Part shown: positions 7,470-17,005 of the stretch, one piece after another | Layout of the letters: each line of letters begins with the position of its first letter | Position numbering within the stretch: the first letter of the stretch is position 1 | Assembly (NCBI GenBank): GCA_014595895.1 | Contig: JABUKB010000002.1 | Span: 152,770 to 184,769 of the forward strand | Origin: Lysinibacillus odysseyi | Lineage (GTDB): Bacteria; Bacillota; Bacilli; Bacillales_A; Planococcaceae | Direction of reading: 5' to 3' | Length of the DNA stretch: 32,000 bases | Made by a program: the position numbers and the translations under genes | The notes under the pieces: model-generated | The model's input: the letters and a program-made list of their open reading frames with translations, nothing else | Told to the model about the DNA's origin: nothing | Databases searched by the model: none

Positions 7470-9030
7470 TAAATCCCTTCCTTTGTAAAATGATTAAAAA
7501 GCAAGCTCCGCCTAAATCACTTTCTTCTAATAATAATGAGCCCCCGACTTTTCGGAGTGCCTGCTCACTGATCGTTAAACCATACCCTCGGTCATAGCCA
7601 TCCTTTGTCGTATAACCAAGTGTAAAGATTTGCTTTACCATTTCTGCATCTATACCTGGTCCGTTATCATGTACCTCAATAATGAGTTCATGACTAAACT
7701 GATGAATAAACAAGTGAATTTGCTTATTCGGTATATCTGTCTTATGTAACGCATCCATCGCATTCTGAAGTACATTGCCCAGCGCTGTTAATAATGCATC
7801 TACTTCTTCATCACTATAATCTATTAAAACGTCATCCGTTTCAATGGTAATTGCAATACCGCGCTCCTTAGCCTCCGATATTTTCCCCTCTAATAATGCC
7901 TGCACTAGGATGGAAGGCTGTGCTGCAAGCGCCTGCTGCTGTTTCGTTGCATCCTGCTGCTCTTGCCGAATAAATGCAATTGCCTGTTCAATATGAGATT
8001 GCTTTAATAACCCGAGTAGCACATGTAGTTTATTGGCAAATTCATGCGTTTTCGCACGTTGCATTTGTGCTTGCTGCTTCGCAAGTGTCAGCTCATTAAT
8101 CACTGTTTCATATTCAAGCTTCGCACGTAGGAAATATAAGTAGCCGAGTCGCTCACCATGCTTTAAGGGTGCCTTCGAAATAATAATCTCTTGCTGTTGC
8201 AACGGAAACTCCAGAGCACGAATAGCCTCTTCTTTAAAAAGACGTTCAGGTAGTACCGTATGTAATGATATGTCTTCTGTTAATGGCGAAATGAGTTCTC
8301 TTGCGCGGGAATTACAGATCACTACATCATTATTAAGTGTCGTTAATATGATGCCATCCGTCGTTTCCTCTAATATTGTGTGATACGCCGAATAAAGCTT
8401 CGCAATTTGAGCAGGCTGCATATTTAGCAATTGCTTCTTTACATAAAGTGATAACAGCACTGCACCAATAATACCTAAAACTGCAACAAGGAGTGTTGTT
8501 TGAAGCCATCCCTCAAACGCCGTATCTACTGTTTTTTGAATATCCTTTGTTAAAAAGCCGACGGAAACAATCCCCATTACTTTGTCATCTACGATAACAG
8601 GTACCTTCCCGCGGATGGATTCTCCCAGTGAACCTGTCGTGATTGAAACAATGGGCTCTTTGTTAATAAGGGCTGAATCATTATCCCCTCCGACCATGGA
8701 TAGGCCGATTTTTTCAGGGTCAGGGTGTGTATATCGAACACCTTGTTCATTCCCAATCACCACAAAGCTAGCTCCGATCTGCTGCCGGATGTCCTCTGCG
8801 ATTGGCTGGAGAATAGAAGACGGATCTTCCATTGAAAATGTGGAAATGACATCTGGACGTTCAGCGATCAAATAAGCACTTGTTAATGCCTTCTCCCCCA
8901 TCTCTTCTATAACCGATTTATTTAAATAATGATCGATCAATAATAAAAACAGCACACAAATCACAAAAATAATCCCACTCATCGTAATAATGAGACGTGC
9001 CGTCAAAGATTGCTTCAGACGAGTAACCAT
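7450..9030 (-). CDS. citS: CitS/DcuS-family sensor histidine kinase
   Basis: 526 aa. Two TM segments flank an extracytoplasmic sensor domain. H-box THEFANKLHVLLGLL; ATP-binding boxes DNGPGI and GYGLT. Confidence 0.8.
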   Translation of the reverse strand: MVTRLKQSLTARLIITMSGIIFVICVLFLLLIDHYLNKSVIEEMGEKALTSAYLIAERPDVISTFSMEDPSSILQPIAEDIRQQIGASFVVIGNEQGVRYTHPDPEKIGLSMVGGDNDSALINKEPIVSITTGSLGESIRGKVPVIVDDKVMGIVSVGFLTKDIQKTVDTAFEGWLQTTLLVAVLGIIGAVLLSLYVKKQLLNMQPAQIAKLYSAYHTILEETTDGIILTTLNNDVVICNSRARELISPLTEDISLHTVLPERLFKEEAIRALEFPLQQQEIIISKAPLKHGERLGYLYFLRAKLEYETVINELTLAKQQAQMQRAKTHEFANKLHVLLGLLKQSHIEQAIAFIRQEQQDATKQQQALAAQPSILVQALLEGKISEAKERGIAITIETDDVLIDYSDEEVDALLTALGNVLQNAMDALHKTDIPNKQIHLFIHQFSHELIIEVHDNGPGIDAEMVKQIFTLGYTTKDGYDRGYGLTISEQALRKVGGSLLLEESDLGGACFLIILQRKGFNGHLAN

Positions 9031-9309
9031 AGTAGCCTTCCTTTCAAGCGTTGTTTTTACTATCTTACCATGGAAATTTCAGAAAAATGGCGGTGGGAAG
9101 ATAGAAATGTCCTAATATTACCTCAATTAAAGGGGTTATTGGAAAGTTAGGTGAATGGATTGACCTGGATGAAGCGAATGATGTATGGTCGAGCGAAACT
9201 AAATCTCCTTGAGAAACATAGGTAATAGTCGTATGAGTGATATTATTGAATAACACTCTTAGTTTGCGAATGTTAGAATTGTATGCGTATCTTAGTGATT
9301 TCTATATTT

Positions 9310-9846
9310 TTACCGTTTGTTCATCAATTCAATTTGTTCTGCAATTACTTGTGCTGATAATTTATTTTCATGTTGTAGCCACCACATGATGACACCAATA
9401 ATCGATGCAGTTTTTACATCGCTATCAATATAAAAATCTCGCTTTGGTTTCATCGGATTGCGTCTGCGAGCAGTGATCAATTCTTTAAATAGCTCAAACA
9501 AATGGTGTTCAACCGCTTCTTGTTGCACAAGCACCGTAATCATAGACCAACGCTCTTGCAAATAATGGAGTAAGTCCACTACTTGCTCTTGTCTCGAGCT
9601 ATTTTTTTCATGCATGAGTGCATTGATTTTAAGTGTTAGCTGCTGTAAAATTTCTTCCGTCATTTGCTCCTGTAAATCTTCAAGATCCTTAAAGTGTAAA
9701 TAAAATGTCGTACGATTAAGTTTTGCATGCTTCGTTACTTTTTGTACCGATAATTGATGAAGTTGATTACCTTCTAGCAATAATTCCATCAACGCCTCTT
9801 TTAACATTTGTTGTGTTCGTAACACACGCGGATCTTCATATTGCAC
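9310..9846 (-). CDS. TetR/AcrR-family transcriptional regulator
   Basis: 178 aa. N-terminal HTH LSVQKVTKHAKLNRTTFYLHFKD. Divergent from the MFS efflux gene. Confidence 0.8.
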   Translation of the reverse strand: MQYEDPRVLRTQQMLKEALMELLLEGNQLHQLSVQKVTKHAKLNRTTFYLHFKDLEDLQEQMTEEILQQLTLKINALMHEKNSSRQEQVVDLLHYLQERWSMITVLVQQEAVEHHLFELFKELITARRRNPMKPKRDFYIDSDVKTASIIGVIMWWLQHENKLSAQVIAEQIELMNKR

Positions 9847-9954
9847 TAATTCACCCCCAATTTTTATAGACAGTTTTCTCTAAATTGTCTACTATAGAAC
9901 ACTTCGTCTACGATTGTTCATGGTCAGCATCTAATCCCTATTGATATGATACTT

Positions 9955-9975
9955 TATAGACACTGTGTCTATAAT
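9955..9975. promoter_or_regulatory. palindromic operator overlapping a TATAAT box (candidate TetR site)
   Basis: TATAGACAC-T-GTGTCTATA (9955-9973) is a 9+1+9 perfect palindrome. Its right arm overlaps TATAAT (9970-9975), 20 nt before the MFS ATG. A related TAGACA-N14-TGTCTA pair sits at 9867-9892. Confidence 0.5.
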
Positions 9976-9995
9976 ATATCTGGTAAGGAGTCTTT

Positions 9996-11396
9996 ATGCA
10001 AAACGAAATATCATCTAAAATGAAAAAGTTGCTTGTGACGATTCTAATTGTCGGTTGCTTTTTTTCAACATTAAATCAAACATTACTCAATGTTGCACTC
10101 AGTGAACTAATGCAAATTTTTAATGTGACACCTGCGACTATTCAATGGTTAGCAACAGGTTTCATGCTCGTAAATGGTGTACTTGTACCCATCACAGCTT
10201 ACTTAATGAAACGTTTTTCAACACGCAAAATGTTCATTAGCTCAATGGCTTTTTTACTCATCGGTTCGATTGTTGCAGCATGTGCACCAAATTTCGGTAT
10301 GCTACTAGCTGGGCGTATGATCCAAGCAGCAGGAGCCGGAATTATTTTACCGCTTATGATGACTATTATTGTCTATTTATATCCAGCTGAACAACGTGGG
10401 GCGATTATGGGGAAAATGGGCTTTGCCATTATTTTTGCACCAGCCATTGCGCCAACAGTGGGTGGATTTATACTTGAGTTTGTTTCTTGGCGTTATCTGT
10501 TCATCATGATGATTCCAATTTCAGCTGCAATCATTCTATTGGCTTTTAAATACATGATTAACATTGAAGAAGGCTCAAAGTTATCACTTGATTTAACAAG
10601 TGTCATCTATTCAACAATCGGCTTTGGGGCGGTACTTTACGGATTCAGTAGTGCTGGTAGTCGTGGCTGGGGCGACTGGCTCGTGTTGGCGACTATCTTT
10701 GTTGGAGGCGTATGTATTTATCTATTTAGCCGCAGAATGCTAGCCTCCAAGGAGCCATTACTAAATTTACGCGTGTTTACCTATAAAATGTTTACAATGA
10801 CGAGTATTATTAATATCGCCATTACGATTCTTATGTACGCAGATTTAATTTTACTGCCGATTTATTTACAGGACGGCCGTGGCTTTAATCCCTTTATAGC
10901 GGGGTTAATTTTACTGCCCGCTGCGATTATTAATGCCTTTTTATCACCTGTAACAGGTAAATTATTCGACCGCTTTGGTGCCAAACCGCTCTTCATTATT
11001 GGGACCATGCTTATTGCCCTCTCAATGTTGCTCGTGATCGATTTATCAACAACAATGTCTGTGACATATATCGTCATACGTACGATTATTTTACGTATCG
11101 GTTTAGCCTTCATAACGATGCCACTCAATACAGCTGCGCTAAATGCATTGCCACAAGAGCTCGCTTCACATGGCTCAGCCGTTAATAATACTGTACGTCA
11201 ACTAGCAGGTGCGATTGGAACAGCAGTCATCGTGACAATTTACACAATGCAGTTAAGTAACATATCACTCACTGCAAATGAAGGCTATGCTACTGCAGCT
11301 GGCAACACATATATATGGATGCTTGGCCTTGCGGTAATAGCAATTGGCATCACATTATTTGTGCCCACTAAAATTGTGCAAAATAAGACTTCATAG
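9996..11396 (+). CDS. MFS transporter, DHA2 (14-TMS drug:H+ antiporter) type
   Basis: 466-aa polytopic protein with AAGGAG SD. Size and hydrophobic pattern fit EmrB/QacA-type exporters. Paired with the TetR regulator. Confidence 0.8.
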   Translation: MQNEISSKMKKLLVTILIVGCFFSTLNQTLLNVALSELMQIFNVTPATIQWLATGFMLVNGVLVPITAYLMKRFSTRKMFISSMAFLLIGSIVAACAPNFGMLLAGRMIQAAGAGIILPLMMTIIVYLYPAEQRGAIMGKMGFAIIFAPAIAPTVGGFILEFVSWRYLFIMMIPISAAIILLAFKYMINIEEGSKLSLDLTSVIYSTIGFGAVLYGFSSAGSRGWGDWLVLATIFVGGVCIYLFSRRMLASKEPLLNLRVFTYKMFTMTSIINIAITILMYADLILLPIYLQDGRGFNPFIAGLILLPAAIINAFLSPVTGKLFDRFGAKPLFIIGTMLIALSMLLVIDLSTTMSVTYIVIRTIILRIGLAFITMPLNTAALNALPQELASHGSAVNNTVRQLAGAIGTAVIVTIYTMQLSNISLTANEGYATAAGNTYIWMLGLAVIAIGITLFVPTKIVQNKTS

Positions 11397-11546
11397 TGAA
11401 TTTTAATTTCATTTTTACTCCAAAAAACAGAATAAGAGGTGCAACGAATTACATTGTTTAAGGAAACTTTTATCGTGACGGGAAAAAAGTTTTAAAAGAT
11501 CTAGATTTACCTACTAATACTGATTATGAATTCGTCTAACCTTATA

Positions 11547-11588
11547 ACCAGTAAGTCCATTCATTTGACCTTACTGGTTTTTAGTTTT
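11547..11588 (+). terminator. rho-independent terminator downstream of the MFS gene
   Basis: AACCAGTAAG (11547-11556) / CTTACTGGTT (11570-11579) followed by TTTTAGTTTT. Confidence 0.6.
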
Positions 11589-11630
11589 AACTACGACTAA
11601 ATGCTATTAGATGAATTTCAATCACAAAAT

Positions 11631-11680
11631 GACAAAAGAAAAAAAGAAATAAATATGTACCAACGGCATACTTATTTCTT
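11631..11680 (-). terminator. rho-independent terminator of the sbp-cysTWA operon
   Basis: 14-bp stem (11644-11657 / 11667-11680, 1 mismatch). On the minus strand it is followed by TTTTTCTTTTGTC. Confidence 0.6.
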
Positions 11681-11796
11681 TTACCTATTAATATATTTAA
11701 GATACACACCGCTAACATCATGCTGTCAAAGTGGGACATTATTCATCACTATCAAAATGTTAACAATAGAAGCAAGACAAAATTAAAATCCCTCAA

Positions 11797-12867
11797 TTAA
11801 ATCGAAAAATCCTCAGGTACAAATACTTTCAACTGTTTTGGACGAATGTAGACAACATCCCCTTTTTGGAGCTCCAACCCATTGTACTGTTCCTTCGTGA
11901 CCTCGGCTTCCAGATATTCGTCACTGTCCTCCCGCTTTAATTCGATTTGGACAATGGGACCCAAAAGATGAATGTGCACAATGGCCGCTGCAACGGTATC
12001 ATTGCTGCCCTTTTCTTTTTCGATATGAATATCATGAGGACGTACGTAGCCCACTGCTTCCTCATGAGAACCTGAATACGTCGGTACATTTATTTCAAAC
12101 TGTCCCTGTGTCAATTTCCCGTTGTGCAGTCTGCCTTTAAATAGATTCACATTGCCCAGGAAGTCGTACACGAAAGGACTTTTCGGGTTTTCATAGACTT
12201 CATCGGGCGTTCCCACCTGCTCGATCTTGCCGTTATTCATGACGATGATTCGGTTCGCCACATCCAATGCTTCCTCTTGGTCGTGTGTAACAAAAATACT
12301 TGTCACATGAAATTCATTGTGGAGTTTACGAAGCCAGCGACGTAGCTCTTTTCTTACCTTTGCATCCAGTGCGCCAAACGGTTCATCCAGCAATAACACT
12401 TTCGGCTCCACTGCAAGGGCCCGCGCCAAGGCGACACGTTGCCGTTGCCCCCCCGACAGTTGTGAAGGGTAGCGATCCGCTAAGTTATCCAGTTTCACAA
12501 GAGCCAATAGTTCATTCACCTTTTTGGCAATCTCCTCTTTTGATGGACGTTCTTTTCTTGGACGTACCTTCAACCCATATGCGACATTATCGAAAACTGT
12601 CATGTGACGGAATAGTGCGTAATGTTGAAATACAAATCCGATTTTACGTTCTTTCGGACTGACATTGGTAATATTCTGACCATCGAATAAAATGGCTCCT
12701 TCATCCAATCCTTCTAAACCTGCTAAGATGCGTAAAAGGGTAGTTTTCCCAGAACCGGATGGACCAAGCAACGCGATGAGTTCCCCTGATTCGATGTCGA
12801 TTGAAATGTCACTTAATGCTTGAAATGACCCGAACGTTTTTGAAACATTTTGAATTTGAATACTCAT
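11797..12867 (-). CDS. cysA: sulfate/thiosulfate ABC transporter ATP-binding protein
   Basis: ATG at 12867 ([12 protein letters not shown]...) with a GGGGG SD; the ORF-track start at 12906 is rejected. Walker [10 protein letters not shown], signature [15 protein letters not shown], Walker [12 protein letters not shown]. Confidence 0.9.
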   Translation of the reverse strand: MSIQIQNVSKTFGSFQALSDISIDIESGELIALLGPSGSGKTTLLRILAGLEGLDEGAILFDGQNITNVSPKERKIGFVFQHYALFRHMTVFDNVAYGLKVRPRKERPSKEEIAKKVNELLALVKLDNLADRYPSQLSGGQRQRVALARALAVEPKVLLLDEPFGALDAKVRKELRRWLRKLHNEFHVTSIFVTHDQEEALDVANRIIVMNNGKIEQVGTPDEVYENPKSPFVYDFLGNVNLFKGRLHNGKLTQGQFEINVPTYSGSHEEAVGYVRPHDIHIEKEKGSNDTVAAAIVHIHLLGPIVQIELKREDSDEYLEAEVTKEQYNGLELQKGDVVYIRPKQLKVFVPEDFSI

Positions 12868-12880
12868 TGATGTATACCCC

Positions 12881-13759
12881 CTACACTTCTTTTGCTTTCC
12901 ACTCAATAATATTTTTAATGATGATTGTAATAATCGCGATTACCGACATTAGGGATGCAACGGCAAAAGCAGCTGTAAATTGATATTCATTGTATAAAAT
13001 TTCAATATGCAATGGCATCGTATTAGTCATCCCTCGTATATGCCCCGATACTACGGAGACCGCGCCAAACTCTCCAATGGCACGCGCATTGCATAGGATA
13101 ATTCCGTATAATAAACCCCATTTAATATTTGGAAGTGTCACTAAGAAAAATGTCTTCAATCCGCTCGCTCCTAGGGAAAGTGAAGCTTCCTCCTCCGTTA
13201 CCCCTTGCATTTGCATAAGTGGAATCAGCTCCCGCGCAACGAATGGGAATGTGATAAAAAGAGTTGCGATGACAATTCCAGGCAGAGCAAAAACGATTTT
13301 TATATCATTCTGAAATAGCCACTCTCCAAACAACCCTTGGGCACCAAATAATAAAATGAAAATTAAACCTGCAATAACAGGAGAAACTGCAAAAGGTAAA
13401 TCGATTAATGTAAGTAAAAAGTTCTTTCCTCTAAATGAAAATTTCGTAATCACCCATGCCGCGGCGACACCAAAAATCGCATTTAATGGTACAACGATGA
13501 CCGCTACAATCAAGGTAAGTTTTATAGCTGAGAGTGCGTCGGGATGTGTAATAGATGCTATATATGTTTCCCAGCCCTTTTCAAAAGCCGTAATAAAAAT
13601 AGAAACAAGAGGCAAAATCAAAAATAACGCCAAAAATAAGAGAGAAATTGTAATTAAAGACCATTTTACAATGGCGGATTCCTCCAAAGCATAGGACTTT
13701 GCAGAAGAACGATTTATTGTAATAGGGGCTTCTTGCCCGACTCCAATTGGTTTGACCAT
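12881..13759 (-). CDS. cysW: sulfate ABC transporter permease
   Basis: 292 aa with AAGGAGGG SD. EAA-loop [24 protein letters not shown]. Sits in the cysT-cysW-cysA order. Confidence 0.87.
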   Translation of the reverse strand: MVKPIGVGQEAPITINRSSAKSYALEESAIVKWSLITISLLFLALFLILPLVSIFITAFEKGWETYIASITHPDALSAIKLTLIVAVIVVPLNAIFGVAAAWVITKFSFRGKNFLLTLIDLPFAVSPVIAGLIFILLFGAQGLFGEWLFQNDIKIVFALPGIVIATLFITFPFVARELIPLMQMQGVTEEEASLSLGASGLKTFFLVTLPNIKWGLLYGIILCNARAIGEFGAVSVVSGHIRGMTNTMPLHIEILYNEYQFTAAFAVASLMSVIAIITIIIKNIIEWKAKEV

Positions 13760-13774
13760 AGAATCTAACCCTCC

Positions 13775-14611
13775 TTATATGTGATTAAATTTTCGGTTTG
13801 TATACCATTGAATCATATTAATTACAAAGATAAATAAAAAGGATGTAACCAACATGACGGTTGCGATTGCTGTAGCGCCAGCATAATCGTATTGTTCCAG
13901 CTTCGTCATAATAATGAGCGGCGTAATTTCTGTTTTCATTGGCATATTTCCGGCAATAAAAACAACGGAACCATATTCACCAAGTGCACGCGCAAAGGCT
14001 AATGAAAATCCAGTTATAATTGCCGGGAAAATTTCCGGGAAAATAACTTTTAAAAATGTTTGTAAACGATTGGCTCCAAGGCTGGCCGATGCTTCTTCCA
14101 CTTCGCCGCCTATGTTTTGCAAGACAGGTTGCACGGTTCTCACGACAAATGGCAGCCCAATAAATGTTAAAGCAATAATAATCCCAAGTGGCGTAAAGGC
14201 AATTTTAAAATCAAAAAATTGGCCAATCCAGCCATTCGGTGAATAAAGTGTCGTTAACGCAATACCTGCTACGGCAGTCGGCAGGGCGAATGGAAGATCG
14301 ACAAGTCCATCTACAATTCTCTTCCCTGGAAATTCATATCGGATTAAAACCCATGCGATAATCGTCCCGAAAACAACATTGATTAACCCAGCTACGAAAG
14401 ATGTGCCAATCGTAACTTTATAAGAAGCAACTGCTCGTGGATGAGTAACGGTTTCATAAAATTCAGACCAACTCATCGATATAGTATTGAAAAATATCAT
14501 TGATAATGGAAGCAACACAATAATGCTTAAATAAATCATCGTATATCCAAGTGTTAATGAAAAACCAGGAATAATTGTGTTCTTTTTTCTCTTCTTTAGC
14601 GCTAGTTGCAT
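13775..14611 (-). CDS. cysT: sulfate ABC transporter permease
   Basis: ATG at 14611 (MQLALKKRKK...) with GGGGG 5 nt upstream; the 14632 start has no SD. EAA-loop EEASASLGANRLQTFLKVIFPEI. Confidence 0.87.
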   Translation of the reverse strand: MQLALKKRKKNTIIPGFSLTLGYTMIYLSIIVLLPLSMIFFNTISMSWSEFYETVTHPRAVASYKVTIGTSFVAGLINVVFGTIIAWVLIRYEFPGKRIVDGLVDLPFALPTAVAGIALTTLYSPNGWIGQFFDFKIAFTPLGIIIALTFIGLPFVVRTVQPVLQNIGGEVEEASASLGANRLQTFLKVIFPEIFPAIITGFSLAFARALGEYGSVVFIAGNMPMKTEITPLIIMTKLEQYDYAGATAIATVMLVTSFLFIFVINMIQWYTNRKFNHI

Positions 14612-14642
14612 GTGTACCCCCGACCCTTTCATATTTACTAAA

Positions 14643-14671
14643 GGAGGTGCCCCAAATCTAGTGGCCCCTCC
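14643..14671 (-). other. intercistronic GC-rich hairpin between sbp and cysT
   Basis: GGAGGTGCC (14643-14651) / GGCCCCTCC (14663-14671), 1 mismatch. On the minus strand only a short U-run follows. Could be a partial terminator or an mRNA stabiliser that uncouples binding-protein and permease levels. Confidence 0.35.
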
Positions 14672-14724
14672 CCTGCATCAATCTCTCTTCTGCTTGACGC
14701 AATTAACTCTTTAATATATTTAGA

Positions 14725-15780
14725 TTATTGATAGATTTCGTCAAATGTCCCACCATCAGCAAAGTGCGTTTTTTGAGCTTCTTGCCAGCCACCGAACTCA
14801 TCGATCGTGATTAAGTCTAAAGTTTGGAACTGATCTTTATATTTCTCAGCAACCGTTTCATTCCGTGGACGGTAATAATTTTTAGCAGCAATTTCTTGCC
14901 CTACTTCTGTATATAAGTAATTTAGGTAGGCTTCTGCTACTTCACGAGTTCCTTTTTTATCTACAATTTTGTCGACTACAGCAACTGGCGGTTCAGCTAA
15001 AATACTTAATGATGGCGTGACAATTTCAAATTCATCTTTACCGAGCTCATTTAAAGAAAGATAAGCTTCATTTTCCCAAGCGATTAATACATCACCAATT
15101 TCACGTTCAACAAAGGTTGTTGTGGCACCACGCGCACCAGAATCCAATACTTCCACATTGCCATATAAATCTTTCATAAATTGTTTAGTTTTTGCTTCAT
15201 CGCCGTTAAATTGTTTATCAGCAAATCCCCAAGCAGCTAAATAATTCCAACGTGCACCACCGCTTGTTTTAGGATTTGGCGTAATAACTGAAACATCTTC
15301 TTTCGTTAAGTCATCCCAATCTTTAATCCCTTTTGGATTCCCTTTACGAACTAGAAAAACAATCGTTGAAGTATATGGCGAAGAATTGCTTTCGAGTTCC
15401 GTTTGCCAATCTTCATTTAATAATTGGCGAGCTAAGGCAATTTCATCAATATCATACGCAAGAGCCAGGGTAACAACATCTGCTTCTAGTCCATCAATAA
15501 CAGCACGGCCTTGTTTACCAGAACCCCCATGCGATTGTTGGAAGGTTACTTCTTGACCAGTTTCTTCTTTCCAATGTTTAGCGAATGCCTCATTAAATTC
15601 TACATACAGTTCACGTGTCGGGTCATAAGATACATTTAAAAGTTCAACAGGCTCTTTTGAGGAAGTTTCTCCCTTTCCTTCACTTGCGTTGTCTTTGTTC
15701 TCTCCTCCACCGCATGCGGCTAGCACCAGCACCAACGCAGCAATCAGGAATGGAACTAACAGTTTTGTAGATTTTTTCAT
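14725..15780 (-). CDS. sbp: sulfate/thiosulfate-binding lipoprotein of the ABC transporter
   Basis: Start taken at ATG 15780 ([25 protein letters not shown], lipobox LAAC) with AAGGAGAG 8 nt upstream; ATG 15786 is an alternative. [13 protein letters not shown] and [29 protein letters not shown] closely match Sbp/CysP. Confidence 0.88.
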   Translation of the reverse strand: MKKSTKLLVPFLIAALVLVLAACGGGENKDNASEGKGETSSKEPVELLNVSYDPTRELYVEFNEAFAKHWKEETGQEVTFQQSHGGSGKQGRAVIDGLEADVVTLALAYDIDEIALARQLLNEDWQTELESNSSPYTSTIVFLVRKGNPKGIKDWDDLTKEDVSVITPNPKTSGGARWNYLAAWGFADKQFNGDEAKTKQFMKDLYGNVEVLDSGARGATTTFVEREIGDVLIAWENEAYLSLNELGKDEFEIVTPSLSILAEPPVAVVDKIVDKKGTREVAEAYLNYLYTEVGQEIAAKNYYRPRNETVAEKYKDQFQTLDLITIDEFGGWQEAQKTHFADGGTFDEIYQ

Positions 15781-15857
15781 TTTCATCTCTCCTTTTCTCT
15801 TAATCAAATTAGGGGGCTTTATCTCCATTCAGCTGTGATGAAATCCCTTTACCAAAT

Positions 15858-15912
15858 GAAGATAAAAATAAAAGGTTACATACTTATCCAAAAGAAATAA
15901 GTGTGTAACCTT
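15858..15912 (-). terminator. terminator-type hairpin inside the sbp leader (candidate attenuator)
   Basis: 16-bp stem AAGGTTACATACTTAT (15872-15887) / ATAAGTGTGTAACCTT (15897-15912), 1 mismatch. On the minus strand it is followed by TTTTATTTTTATCTT. It lies ~90 nt upstream of the sbp start, and no minus-strand gene upstream could need it as its terminator. Confidence 0.55.
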
Positions 15913-16099
15913 CAGTTCGTCTGATCAGTTCATATTCATTTATTGGTTAGGGATTCATTGCGAAATGAACTAACCAAGTTTCTTTAAAAACACATTAAAC
16001 AAATATATCCGATAAGTCAACATGGAATTTAAAAATAATTTCCTTTTTTTATGTAATTTTTATCCTTTCCTATATTAGAAAAAATATCCAAAATAATAG

Positions 16100-16127
16100 T
16101 TGACTAATCCCAGTAATATAGTATACT
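16100..16127 (+). promoter_or_regulatory. putative sigma-A promoter of cysH-sat-cysC
   Basis: TTGACT (16100-16105), 16-nt spacer, TATACT (16122-16127). Confidence 0.45.
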
Positions 16128-16197
16128 TTAAATTACAAATCGAGAATAAGCAACGGTTGCTTGTTCATAAATATTCAATTGCTGACTAGTTAACTAG

Positions 16198-16250
16198 AGG
16201 CGTTTTAATGCACATCATCTTATGGTGGCGGCATTAAAACGCCTTTTTCT
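16198..16250 (+). terminator. terminator-type hairpin inside the cysH leader (candidate attenuator)
   Basis: Perfect 14-bp stem AGGCGTTTTAATGC (16198-16211) / GCATTAAAACGCCT (16231-16244) followed by TTTTTCT. It ends 3 nt before the cysH SD TAAGGAGGG. Confidence 0.6.
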
Positions 16251-16266
16251 ATTAAGGAGGGATTTT

Positions 16267-16968
16267 ATGCTTACTTATAGCACTTGGCAGGATGCATTCA
16301 CCGACTTTGAAGTAGATGACACCTATAAAGGAGCTCTCAATGTTTTACAATGGGCTTACGATCATTACGGAGAAGATGTGGTGTATGCATGCAGTTTCGG
16401 TATCGAAGGAATTGTGCTAATTGATTTAATTGCAAAGGTAAAACCTGATGCGAAAATTGTGTTCCTCGATACAGATGTTCATTTTAAAGAAACCTATGAA
16501 ACGATTGAACGAGTAAAAGAAAACTATCCACAGTTAAATATCCAAATTAAAAAACCTGCACTCACTTTAGAAGAACAAGCAAATCAATTTGGTGATGAAT
16601 TGTGGAAAACCAATCCAAATAAATGCTGTGAAATTCGAAAGTTAGTGCCATTACAAGAAACGCTTACTGGTGCAAAAGCTTGGATTTCTGGATTACGACG
16701 TGAACAGTCTGAAACAAGAAAAAATGTAAATTTCCTGAATCAAGATAATAGGTTCCAATCTGTCAAAATCTGTCCCCTTATTCATTGGACATGGAAAGAT
16801 GTGTGGCGCTACGTAAGTAAACATAATTTAACTTATAACCCGCTGCATGACACAGGCTATCCAAGCATCGGCTGCTCACACTGCACGAAGCCAGCCTTTA
16901 CGATGGATGACTTACGTTCGGGAAGATGGTCAGGTTCAACGAAAACAGAATGCGGATTACACGAGTAA
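16267..16968 (+). CDS. cysH: phosphoadenylyl-sulfate / adenylyl-sulfate reductase (thioredoxin-dependent, Fe-S type)
   Basis: ATG at 16267 ([11 protein letters not shown]...) with AAGGAGGG SD; the ORF-track start at 16222 lies inside the leader hairpin. Cys pairs CCEIRK and GCSHCT, C-terminal ECGLHE. Confidence 0.92.
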   Translation: MLTYSTWQDAFTDFEVDDTYKGALNVLQWAYDHYGEDVVYACSFGIEGIVLIDLIAKVKPDAKIVFLDTDVHFKETYETIERVKENYPQLNIQIKKPALTLEEQANQFGDELWKTNPNKCCEIRKLVPLQETLTGAKAWISGLRREQSETRKNVNFLNQDNRFQSVKICPLIHWTWKDVWRYVSKHNLTYNPLHDTGYPSIGCSHCTKPAFTMDDLRSGRWSGSTKTECGLHE

Positions 16969-17005
16969 AAACAAATACTATAAAATTTTAGGAGGAAATA
17001 AAACA

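Noticed and set aside
9065-9256. 63-aa minus-strand ORF between citS and the TetR gene, and the 61-aa ORF at 11601-11786
   Set aside because: Neither has an SD or a recognisable sequence. The latter overlaps the cysA terminator hairpin. Treated as non-coding.
11397-11546. Possible C-terminal gene fragment (...YRDGKKVLKDLDLPTNTDYEFV-stop) after the MFS gene
   Set aside because: The frame is short with no start codon or SD, and it lies between a stop codon and the terminator. It cannot be distinguished from chance.
15829-16266. S-box (SAM-I) or T-box riboswitch in the sulfate-assimilation leaders
   Set aside because: The leaders are short and lack the conserved S-box core or the T-box AGGGUGGNACCGCG-type sequence, so only generic terminator hairpins are reported.
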